Assembly: GCF_006345805.1 (NCBI RefSeq)
Contig: NC_043000.1
Span: 9,486,001-9,550,000, forward strand
From: Octopus sinensis
Taxonomy: Eukaryota
Direction of reading: 5' to 3'
DNA: 64,000 nucleotides
Each line of letters begins with the position of its first letter. The first letter of the stretch is position 1. Below, piece after piece: positions 42,301 through 54,375 of this stretch. The translations under genes were made by a program, and so were the position numbers. The notes under the pieces are model-generated. The model had not been told where the DNA came from, ran no database searches, and saw only the letters and a list, made by a program, of their open reading frames with translations.

Positions 42301-45300
42301 CTCACACGAACAGGGCAAATAAAAAATAACAAAAATACAGATTATTTTGGGACAATTGTTTCACTATTAATGAATTAAATGTAATTTTACTTACAAAAAA
42401 CCCACTTGTAGCTCCTCAGCCAAAACTATCTGGATGAAATCCACTCAATCACACGCCAGATTTTACCATAACGATAATACACGTGTGGTTCAATTGATTA
42501 CATCCGACGTTATAATTCAAATGACCCTACCAACAGCGCGCCAAACTTTCACGGAAACAAATACTACATTTAGAAATAAATGTAGCATAATTAAAATTAA
42601 TTAATAAGGGTGAGAGAATTAGATACTAATTTAATAGTATATCTATTCAACACCAAGTGGCCCAGTGCCTCGAGAAACCTGGATTATTATAATATTTTAT
42701 AATATATTATAATATTTTATACAAAAATAAATATAAGAGAATGGTCACTATGTGGCTCATTCTAGCACTAGTAAATCCAAAAGGTTTCAACCACAAAAAT
42801 ACATGTTTCCCATGAAAGTCAGTACGATTGTTAGCTCACACGAACAGGGCAAATAAAAAATAACAAAAATACAGATTATTTTGGGACAATTGTTTCACTA
42901 TTAATGAATTAAATGTAATTTTACTTACAAAAAACCCACTTGTAGCTCCTCAGCCAAAACTATCTGGATGAAATCCACTCAATCACACGCCAGATTTTAC
43001 CATAACGATAAATACACGTGTGGTTCAATTGATTACATCCGACGTTATAATTCAAATGCCCCTACCAACAGCGCGCCAAACTTTCACGGAAACAAATACT
43101 ACATTTAGAAATAAATGTAGCATAATTATAATTAATTAATAAGGGTGAGAGAATTACATACTAATTTAATAGTATATCTATTCAACACCAAGTGACCCAG
43201 TGCCTCGAGAAACCTGGATTATTATAATATTTTATAATATATTATAATATTTTATACAAAAATAAATATAAGAGAATGGTCACTATGTGGGTCATTATAG
43301 CACTAGAAAATGCAAAAGGTTTCAACCACAAAAATACATGTTTCCCATGAAAGTCAGTACGATTGTTAGCTCACACGAACAGGGCAAATAAAAAATAACA
43401 AAAATACAGATTATTTTGGGACAATTGTTTCGCTATTAATGAATTAAATGTAATTTTACTTACAAAAAACCACTTGTAGCTCCTCAGCCAAAACTATCTG
43501 GATGAAATCCACTCAATCACACGCCAGATTTTACCATAACGATAAATACACGTGTGGTTCAATTGATTACATCCGACGTTATAATTCAAATGCCCCTACC
43601 AACAGCGCCCAAACTTTCACGGAAACAAATACTACATTTAGAAATAAATGTAGCATAATTATAATTAATTAATAAGGGTGAGAGAATTAGATACTAATTT
43701 AATAGTATATCTATTCAACACCAAGTGGCCCAGTGCCTCGAGAAACCTGGATTATTATAATATTTATAATATATTATAATATTTTATACAAAAATAAATA
43801 TAAGAGAATGGTCACTATGTGGTTCATTATAGCACTAGAAAATGCAAAAGGTTTCAACCACAAAAATACATGTTTCCCATGAAAGTCAGTACGATTGTTA
43901 GCTCACACGAACAGGGCAAATAAAAAATAACAAAAATACAGATTATTTTGGGACAATTGTTTCGCTATTAATGAATTAAATGTAATTTTACTTACAAAAA
44001 ACCCACTTGTAGCTCCTCAGCCAAAACTATCTGGATGAAATCCACTCAATCACACACGCAGATTTTACCATAACGATAAATACACGTGTGGTTCAATTGA
44101 TTACATCCGACGTTATAATTCAAATGCCCCTACCAACAGCGCGCCAAACTTTCACGGAAACAAATACTACATTTAGAAATAAATGTAGCATAATTATAAT
44201 TAATTAATAAGGGTGAGAGAATTAGATACTAATTTAATAGTATATCTATTCAACACCAAGTGGCCAGTGCCTCGAGAAACCTGGATTATTATAATATTTT
44301 ATAATATATTATAATATTTTATACAAAAATAAATATAAGAAAATGGTCACTATGTGGCTCATTCTAGCACTAGTAAATCCAAAAGGTTTCAACCACAAAA
44401 ATACATGTTTCCCATGAAAGTCAGTACGATTGTTAGCTCACACGAACAGGGCAAATAAAAAATAACAAAAATACAGATTATTTTGGGACAATTGTTTCAC
44501 TATTAATGAATTAAATGTTTTTACTCACAAAAAACCCACTTGTAGCTGCTCAGCCAAAACTATCTGGATGAAATCCACTCAATCACACGCCAGATTTTAC
44601 CATAACGATAAATACACGTGTGGTTCAATTGATTACATCCGACGTTATAATTCAAATGCCCCTACCAACAGCACGCCAAACTTTCACGGAAACAAATACT
44701 ACATTTAGAAATAAATGTAGCATAATTATAATTAATTAATAAGGGTGAGAGAATTAGATACTAATTTAATAGTATATCTATTCAACACCAAGTGACCCAG
44801 TGCCTCGAGAAACCTGGATTATTATAATTTTTATATATATTATAATATTTTATACAAAAATAAATATAAGAGAGAATGGTCACTATGTGGCTCATTCTAG
44901 CACTAGTAAATCCAAAAGGTTTCAACCACAAAAATACATGTTTCCCATGAAAGTCAGTACGATTGTTAGCTCACACGAACAGGGCAAATAAAAAATAACA
45001 AAAATACAGATTATTTTGGGACAATTGTTTCACTATTAATGAATTAAATGTAATTTTACTTACAAAAAACCCACTTGTAGCTCCTCAGCCAAAACTATCT
45101 GGATGAAATCCACTCAATCACACGCCAGATTTTACCATAACGATAAATACACGTGTGGTTCAATTCATTACATCCGACGTTATAATTCAAATGCCCCTAC
45201 CAATAGCGCGCCAAACTTTCACGGAAACAAATACTACATTTAGAAATAAATGTAGCATAATTATAATTAATTAATAAGGGTGAGAGAATTAGATACTAAT

Positions 45301-48300
45301 TTAATAGTATATCTATTCAACACCAAGTGGCCCAGTGCCTCGAGAAACCTGGATTATTATAATATTTTATAATATATTATAATATTTTATACAAAAATAA
45401 ATATAAGAGAATGATCACTATGTGGCTCATTCTAGCACTAGTAAATCCAAAAGGTTTCAACCACAAAAATACATGTTTCCCATGAAAGTCAGTACGATTG
45501 TTAGCTCACACGAACAGGGCAAATAAAAAATAACAAAAATACAGATTATTTTGGGACAATTGTTTCACTATTAATGAATTAAATGTAATTTTACTTACAA
45601 AAAACCCACTTGTAGCTCCTCAGCCAAAACTATCTGGATGAAATCCACTCAATCACACGCCAGATTTTAACCATAACGATAAATACACGTGTGGTTCAAT
45701 TGATTACATCCGACGTTATAATTCAAATGCCCCTACCAACAGCGCGCCAAACTTTCACGGAAACAAATACTACATTTAGAAATAAATGTAGCATAATTAT
45801 AATTAATTAATAAGGGTGAGAGAATTAGATACTAATTTAATAGTATATCTATTCAACACCAAGTGGCCCAGTGCCTCGAGAAACCTGGATTATTATAATA
45901 TTTTATAATATATTATAATATTTTATACAAAAATAAATATAAGAGAATGGTCACTATGTGGCTCATTCTAGCACTAGTAAATCCAAAAGGTTTCAACACA
46001 AAAATACATGTTTCCCATGAAAGTCAGTACAATTGTTAGCTCACACGAACAGGGCAATAAAAAATAACAAAAATACAGATTATTTTGGGACAATTGTTTC
46101 ACTATTAATGAATTAAATGTAATTTTACTTACAAAAAACCCACTTGTAGCTCCTCAGCCAAAACTATCTGATGAAATCCACTCAATCACACGCCAGATTT
46201 TACCATAACGATAATACACGTGTGGTTCAATTGATTACATCCGACGTTATAATTCAAATGACCCTACCAACAGCGCGCCAAACTTTCACGGAAACAAATA
46301 CTACATTTAGAAATAAATGTAGCATAATTATAATTAATTAATAAGGGTGAGAGAATTAGATACTAATTTAATAGTATATCTATTCAACACCAAGTGGCCC
46401 AGTGCCTCGAGAAACCTGGATTATTATAATATTTTATAATATATTATAATATTTTATACAAAAATAAATATAAGAGAATGGTCACTATGTGGTTCATTAT
46501 AGCACTAGAAAATGCAAAAGGTTTCAACCACAAAAATACATGTTTCCCATGAAAGTCAGTACGATTGTTAGCTCACACGAACAGGGCAAATAAAAAATAA
46601 CAAAAATACAGATTATTTTGGGACAATTGTTTCGCTATTAATGAATTAAATGTAATTTTACTTACAAAAAACCCACTTGTAGCTCCTCAGCCAAAACTAT
46701 CTGGATGAAATCCACTCAATCACACGCCAGATTTTACCATAACGATAAATACACGTGTGGTTCAATTGATTACATCCGACGTTATAATTCAAATGCCCCT
46801 ACCAACAGCGCGCCAAACTTTCACGGAAACAAATACTACATTTAGAAATAAATGTAGCATAATTATAATTAATTAATAAGGGTGAGAGAATTAGATACTA
46901 ATTTAATAGTATATCTATTCAACACCAAGTGGCCCAGTGCCTCGAGAAACCTGGATTATTATAATATTTTATAATATATTATAATATTTTATACAAAAAT
47001 AAATATAAGAAAATGGTCACTATGTGGCTCATTCTAGCACTAGTAAATCCAAAAGGTTTCAACCACAAAAATACATGTTTCCCATGAAAGTCAGTACGAT
47101 TGTTAGCTCACACGAACAGGGCAAATAAAAAATAACAAAAATACAGATTATTTTGGGACAATTGTTTCACTATTAATGAATTAAATGTAATTTTACTTAC
47201 AAAAAACCCACTTGTAGCTCCTCAGGCAAAACTATCTGGATGAAATCCACTCAATCACACGCCAGATTTTACCATAACGATAAATACACGTGTGGTTCAA
47301 TTGATTACATCCGACGTTATAATTCAAATGCCCCTACCAACAGCGCGCCAAACTTTCACGGAAACAAATACTACATTAGAAATAAATGTAGCATAATTAT
47401 AATTAATTAATAAGGGTGAGAGAATTAGATACTAATTTAATAGTATATCTATTCAACACCAAGTGGCCCAGTGCCTCAAGAAACCTGGATTATTATAATA
47501 TTTTATAATATATTATAATATTTTATACAAAAATAAATATAAGAGAATGGTCACTATGTGGCTCATTCTAGCACTAGTAAATCCAAAAGGTTTCAACCAC
47601 AAAAATACATGTTTCCCATGAAAGTCAGTACAATTGTTAGCTCACACGAACAGGGCAAATAAAAAATAACAAAAATACAGATTATTTTGGGACAATTGTT
47701 TCAGTATTAATGAATTAAATGTAATTTTACTTACAAAAAACCCACTTGTAGCTCCTCAGCCAAAACTATCTGGATGAAATCCACTCAATCACACGCCAGA
47801 TTTTACCATAACGATAATACACGTGTGGTTCAATTGATTACATCCGACGTTATAATTCAAATGCCCCTACCAACAGCGCGCCAAACTTTCACGGAAACAA
47901 ATACTACATTTAGAAATAAATGTAGCATAATTATAATTAATTAATAAGGGTGAGAGAATTAGATACTAATTTAATAGTATATCTATTCAACACCAAGTGG
48001 CCCAGTGCCTCGAGAAACCTGGATTATTATAATATTTTATAATATATTATAATATTTTATACAAAAATAAATATAAGAGAATGGTCACTATGTGGCTCAT
48101 TCTAGCACTAGTAAATCCAAAAGGTTTCAACCACAAAAATACATGTTTCCCATGAAAGTCAGTACAATTGTTAGCTCACACGAACAGGGCAAATAAAAAA
48201 TAACAAAAATACAGATTATTTTGGGACAATTGTTTCACTATTAATGAATTAAATGTAATTTTACTTACAAAAAACCCACTTGTAGCTCCTCAGCCAAAAC

Positions 48301-48577
48301 TATCTGGATGAAATCCACTCAATCACACGCCAGATTTTAACATAACGATAATACACGTGTGGTTCAATTGATTACATCCGACGTTATAATTCAAATGCCC
48401 CTACCAACAGCGCGCCAAACTTTCACGGAAACAAATACTACATTTAGAAATAAATGTAGCATAATTATAATTAATTAATAAGGGTGAGAGAATTAGATAC
48501 TAATTTAATAGTATATCTATTCAACACCAAGTGGCCCAGTGCCTCGAGAAACCTGGATTATTATAATATTTTATAAT

Positions 48578-48667
48578 CATCATCGTCGTTTAACGTCCGT
48601 TCTCCATGCTAGCATGGGTTGGACGGTTCGACCGGGGTTCTGGGAAGCCAGAAGGCTGCACCAGGCT
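48578..48667 (-). mobile_element. 90-bp 5'-truncated family B (RTE 3' end) insertion inside the array
   Basis: catcatcgtcgtttaacgtccgttctccatgctagcatgggttggacgg..gcaccaggc interrupts ttataat|atattataat. Confidence 0.9.
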
Positions 48668-51600
48668 ATATTATAATATTTTATACAAAAATAAATATAA
48701 GAGAATGGTCACTATGTGGCTCATTCTAGCACTAGTAAATCCAAAAGGTTTCAACCACAAAAATACATGTTTCCCATGAAAGTCAGTACGATTGTTAGCT
48801 CACACGAACAGGGCAAATAAAAAATAACAAAAATACAGATTATTTTGGGACAATTGTTTCACTATTAATGAATTAAATGTAATTTTACTTACAAAAAACC
48901 CACTTGTAGCTCCTCAGCCAAAACTATCTGGATGAAATCCACTCAATCACATGCCAGATTTTACCATAATGATAAATACACGTGTGGTTCAATTGATTAC
49001 ATCCGACGTTATAATTCAAATGCCCCTACCAACAGCGCGCCAAACTTTCACGGAAACAAATACTACACTTAGAAATAAATGTAGCATAATTATAATTAAT
49101 TAATAAGGGTGAGAGAATTAGATACTAATTAATAGTATATCTATTCAACACCAAGTGGCCCAGTGCCTCGAGAAACCTGGATTATTATAATATTTTATAA
49201 TATATTATAATATTTTATACAAAAATAAATATAAGAGAATGGTCACTATGTGGCTCATTCTAGCACTAGTAAATCCAAAAGTTTTCAACCACAAAAATAC
49301 ATGTTTCCCATGAAAGTCAGTACGATTGTTAGCTCACACGAACAGGGCAAATAAAAAATAACAAAAATACAGATTATTTTGGGACAATTGTTTCACTATT
49401 AATGAATTAAATGTAATTTTACTCACAAAAAACCCACTTGTAGCTGCTCAGCCAAAACTATCTGGATGAAATCCACTCAATCACACGCCAGATTTTACCA
49501 TAACGATAAATACACGTGTGGTTCAATTGATTACATCCGACGTTATAATTCAAATGCCCCTACCAACAGCACGCCAAACTTTCACGGAAACAAATACTAC
49601 ATTTAGAAATAAATGTAGCATAATTATAATTAATTAATAAGGGTGAGAGAATTAGATACTAATTTAATAGTATATCTATTCAACACCAAGTGACCCAGTG
49701 CCTCGAGAAACCTGGATTATTATAATATTTTATAATATATTATAATATTTTATACAAAAATAAATATAAGAGAATGGTCACTATGTGGCTCATTCTAGCA
49801 CTAGTAAATCCAAAAGGTTTCAACCACAAAAATACATGTTTCCCATGAAAGTCAGTACGATTGTTAGCTCACACGAACAGGGCAAATAAAAAATAACAAA
49901 AATACAGATTATTTTGGGACAATTGTTTCACTATTAATGAATTAAATGTAATTTTACTTACAAAAAACCCACTTGTAGCTCCTCAGCCAAAACTATCTGG
50001 ATGAAATCCACTCAATCACATGCCAGATTTTACCATAATGATAAATACACGTGTGGTTCAATTGATTACATCCGACGTTATAATTCAAATGCCCCTACCA
50101 ACAGCGCGCCAAACTTTCACGGAAACAAATACTACATTTAGAAATAAATGTAGCATAATTATAATTAATTAATAAGGGTGAGAGAATTAGATACTAATTT
50201 AATAGTATATCTATTCAACACCAAGTGGCCCAGTGCCTCGAGAAACCTGGATTATTATAATATTTTATAATATATTATAATATTTTATACAAAAATAAAT
50301 ATAAGAGAATGGTCACTATGTGGCTCATTCTAGCACTAGTAAATCCAAAAGGTTTCAACCACAAAAATACATGTTTCCCATGAAAGTCAGTACGATTGTT
50401 AGCTCACACGAACAGGGCAAATAAAAAATAACAAAAATACAGATTATTTTGGGACAATTGTTTCACTATTAATGAATTAAATGTAATTTTACTCACAAAA
50501 AACCCACTTGTAGCTGCTCAGCCAAAACTATCTGGATGAAATCCACTCAATCACACGCCAGATTTTACCATAACGATAAATACACGTGTGGTTCAATTGA
50601 TTACATCCGACGTTATAATTCAAATGCCCCTACCAACAGCACGCCAAACTTTCACGGAAACAAATACTACATTTAGAAATAAATGTAGCATAATTATAAT
50701 TAATTAATAAGGGTGAGAGAATTAGATACTAATTTAATAGTATATCTATTCAACACCAAGTGACCCAGTGCCTCGAGAAACCTGGATTATTATAATATTT
50801 TATAATATATTATAATATTTTATACAAAAATAAATATAAGAGAATGGTCACTATGTGGCTCATTCTAGCACTAGTAAATCCAAAAGGTTTCAACCACAAA
50901 AATACATGTTTCCCATGAAAGTCAGTACGATTGTTAGCTCACACGAACAGGGCAAATAAAAAATAACAAAAATACAGATTATTTTGGGACAATTGTTTCG
51001 CTATTAATGAATTAAATGTAATTTTACTTACAAAAAACCCACTTGTAGCTCCTCAGCCAAAACTATCTGGATGAAATCCACTCAATCACACGCCAGATTT
51101 TACCATAACGATAAATACACGTGTGGTTCAATTGATTACATCCGACGTTATAATTCAAATGCCCCTACCAACAGCGCGCCAAACTTTCACGGAAACAAAT
51201 ACTACATTTAGAAATAAATGTAGCATAATTATAATTAATTAATAAGGGTGAGAGAATTAGATACTAATTTAATAGTATATCTATTCAACACCAAGTGGCC
51301 CAGTGCCTCGAGAAACCTGGATTATTATAATATTTATAATATTTTATACAAAAATAAATATTTAAATTAGTATCGAATTCTCTCACCCTTATTAATTAAT
51401 TATATATACATATATATATATATATATATAGATAAGAAAGTTGGTTTGTGAAAGCACGTGGTTGAATATATAGAAAATAGTAAAAAGTGAAAAAACTACA
51501 GAAGGCTTAAAGGTTAAAAAATATATATATTTGCGTCAATATGTCTGAAGAATATTAAAAAATTTTTTTGTTACAATGACATAGTTTAGAAGAAAGACCG

Positions 51601-51737
51601 GTTTCGCGTTTAGCTTTTCAAATTTCTTACGATGTTATGTTTATGTTGAATAGAGTTATCGTTATGTTTATGTTTAAAAGAGTTCTAAATAAGGGGAGGT
51701 AATGAGTGATTTCCTCCGGTGTAAGGGAGATAATCGC

Positions 51738-52449
51738 TTAAAATTTTTTTCCTTTCCCTTGGTGTGAATTTCTCTGTATCAGTATGTTGGCATGGTTAAG
51801 TCTGGGCTTGTACTTTTCAGTGAAGAATGTTTCCTTGTTTAGTCTAATTTGTGTTGATGATCCGATAGCACATTGGTAAAATGGAAAGATTAAAAATTGT
51901 GGTAGTAGTTGCTTTGTGCATTTCTCAATGTGCTCACTAAAAGGTATCATTCTGTGTTCTGGGAATGCAATCTGTTGTCGATGCAGAGTGCATCTACGTC
52001 TGAGTGATAGTCCCGTGGATCCCACGTAGTCTTGGTGGCAGCCCGAGCATTTTATGACATAAATTATGTTTTCAGAGGCACAAGTAAAGTTAGATTTGAT
52101 CTTGAATTTCTGTCCCTCTTTAAAGAGGAATTCTGATCCTTCTAGCAGGTTACGACATGTTGCACAGTTCGATCTACCACATTTTTTTTACTTTTGCATC
52201 CGTAATTTCAGAAAACAATTTTGCCTTTGTGAGAATCTTTTTAAGTGATTTAGGTTGTTTGTAGCTTTTAATGATTTGGTGTATGTTTAGAATTTCCTTT
52301 AATTTGGTGTCCTTATGAAGTATTGGTAAATTCTGGGTGATGATGGTGAAGGCTTCTTTGTTTCTGGGGTTGTATGTAGATATGTAAGGTAGTATTTTCG
52401 GGGAAGGTGTGTTGTTGTGTTGAACTTTTCTTAAAGTTTCTATGTTGAT
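51738..52449 (-). mobile_element. Penelope-like element 3' portion (linker and GIY-YIG endonuclease)
   Basis: The - strand reads KILPYISTYNPRNKEAF..KCGRSNCATCRNLLEGSEF..IKSNFTCASENIIYVIKCSGCHQDYVGSTGLSLRRRCTLHRQQI..RLNKETFFTEKYKPRLN. There is one frameshift in an A8 run near 52185. Confidence 0.88.
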
Positions 52450-52645
52450 ATAGAGGATGGGATCAGACGTGCAACAGAAATCAACATAGAAACTTTAAGA
52501 AAAGTTCAACACAACAACACACCTTCCCCGAAAATACTACCTTACATATCTACATACAACCCCAGAAACAAAGAAGCCTTCACCATCATCACCCAGAATT
52601 TACCAATACTTCATAAGGACCCCAAATTAAAGGAAATTCTAAACA
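52450..52645 (+). mobile_element. Inverted (fold-back) Penelope fragment
   Basis: 52480-52645 is the reverse complement of 52284-52449. Translates as IEDGIRRATEINIETLRK..ILPYISTYNPRNKEAFTIITQNLPILHKDPKLKEILN. Confidence 0.88.
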
Positions 52646-53509
52646 TGGCGGAATTTGATCTCAGAACGTAATGGCAGACGAAATACCGCTAAGCATTTCG
52701 CCCAGCGTGCTAATGTTTCTGCCAGCTCGCCTCATTAAACTCTGTCTGACCCATGCAAGCATGGAAAAATAGATGTCAAAATGATGATGATGATGATGAT
52801 GATGGATGATAATGAGGATAGTTTATTTAGAGGAAGAAGAGAAGCACCTAAAACAGTCTACTTGTCAAATTTACATGCAAGTGGTTGAGCACTCCACAGA
52901 CGCGTATACCCTTAACATAGTTCTCAGGGAGATTCAGCATGACACAAGAATGTGACAAGGCTGACCCTTTGAGATACAGGTACTTCTCATTTTTACCAGA
53001 TGAGTGAACTGGTGCAACATGAAATAAAGTGTCTTGCTCAATGACACAACACGCCACCAGGAATTAAACTCATGACCTTACAATTGTGGGCCGAATACCC
53101 TAACCACTAAACTACATGCCTTCACAGCTGGACAAATAACCAAGTATGAACTCTCTCTTTCTTAGGCTCATCAGAATCAGATCAGATGCCTTCGTACACC
53201 ACAATAATAGGAACAACAGCTATAAGGGTCCAGCTGACTTTTCAACTTGCTCTCTTTGCATACACATATATGTATGATTGCCAGCTCCCCTGGCATTACG
53301 TAAACTCAGTCAACTTAATCAGTGGTGAGCCAAGGTGTGGCTGTCTAAGTTTATGTAAGACTCGATGAGCTGGAAAGCTATGACTTATGATGTAATCTGT
53401 TATGGCAGCATTAATAAATTTCTAGTGAAATAATTATTGCAAACTTAAACTCCATTCATCTATTATTTATTATAAAGTATGTTTCACCAAAAATTCACTG
53501 ATGAATCAG

Positions 53510-54228
53510 ATCATCATCATCATCATCATCGTTTAGCGTCCGCTTTCCATGCTAGCATGTGTTGGACGGTTCGACTGGGGTCTGGGAAGCCAGGAGGCTG
53601 CACCAGGCCCAGTCTGATCTGGCAGTGTTTCTACAGCTGGATGCCCTTCCTAACGCCAACCACTCTGTGAGTGTAGTGGGTGCTTTTTACATGCCACCAG
53701 CACAGGTGCCAGGGGAGGCTGGCAACAGCCACAATCGGTTGGTGCTTTTTACGTGCCACTGGCATGGAAGCCAGTCAAGGCGGCACTAGATTTAGCCACG
53801 TTCAGATGGTGCTTTTTATGTGCCACTGGCACAGGTATCACAACTACAATTTCCATTTCATTTTTTGATGTTGATGTACTTGACTCAATACGTCTCCTCA
53901 AGCACAGCAGGTCACCCTATGTCCAAGGTAAGCACAACAGGCCGTCCTGTGATCCAAGGCACTTTGGATGGGCTGGGGCTTCTATGTGAAGCCGGTGCAG
54001 GAAACAGCCATGAACTCACGTTATTTGTCGGGTCTTCGCAGTCACAGCATATCTCTTTCGTCATTGCCTCTGTGAGACCCAACGTTTGAAGGTCATGCTT
54101 GACCACCTCATCCCATTCCTGGGTCTACCTCTACACCGGACTCCTTCAACTGTTTGGGAGTGGCACTTCTTCACACATCTCTCCTCATCCATCAGTAGTA
54201 CATGACCATACCAGTGCAGATGTCTCTA
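53510..54228 (-). mobile_element. 5'-truncated RTE-clade LINE (ORF2 C-terminus, 3'UTR and (ATG)n tail)
   Basis: The - strand reads VEGVRCRGRPR..VVKHDLQTLGLTEAMTK, followed by the family B sequence and a catcatcat tail. Confidence 0.75.
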
Positions 54229-54330
54229 TCATTGGTAGATAATTGGAATTGAGAATTACCTAACAACAGTAGTAAGGATTATTTCACTGTCTGCTCTGTG
54301 TGATTCTATGTAGCCAATTTGTGGCATCAG

Positions 54331-54375
<45 letters not shown>

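Larger units (their letters stand above)
33099..51361 (-). repeat. Tandem array of 34 copies of a roughly 535-bp unit, each with a hammerhead ribozyme fold
   Basis: The marker aatg(g/a)tcactatgtgg recurs at 33121, 33656, 34191 and so on to 50843 (34 starts, spacing 531-540, one spacing of 624 due to an insertion). Units are highly similar. Confidence 0.97.

Noticed and set aside
33099-51361. Array as CRISPR, 5S rDNA, snRNA or histone cluster
   Set aside because: Units are near-identical over their full length with no unique spacers, no recognisable 5S, snRNA or tRNA sequence and no consistent ORF. The short ORFs at 34364, 35430, 40566 and 44800 appear only in variant units.
51540-51625. Hammerhead-like pieces downstream of the Penelope endonuclease (ctgaaga on +; GAAACCGGUC on -)
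   Set aside because: The two core halves are not on the same strand with convincing helices I and II, so no complete fold is supported.
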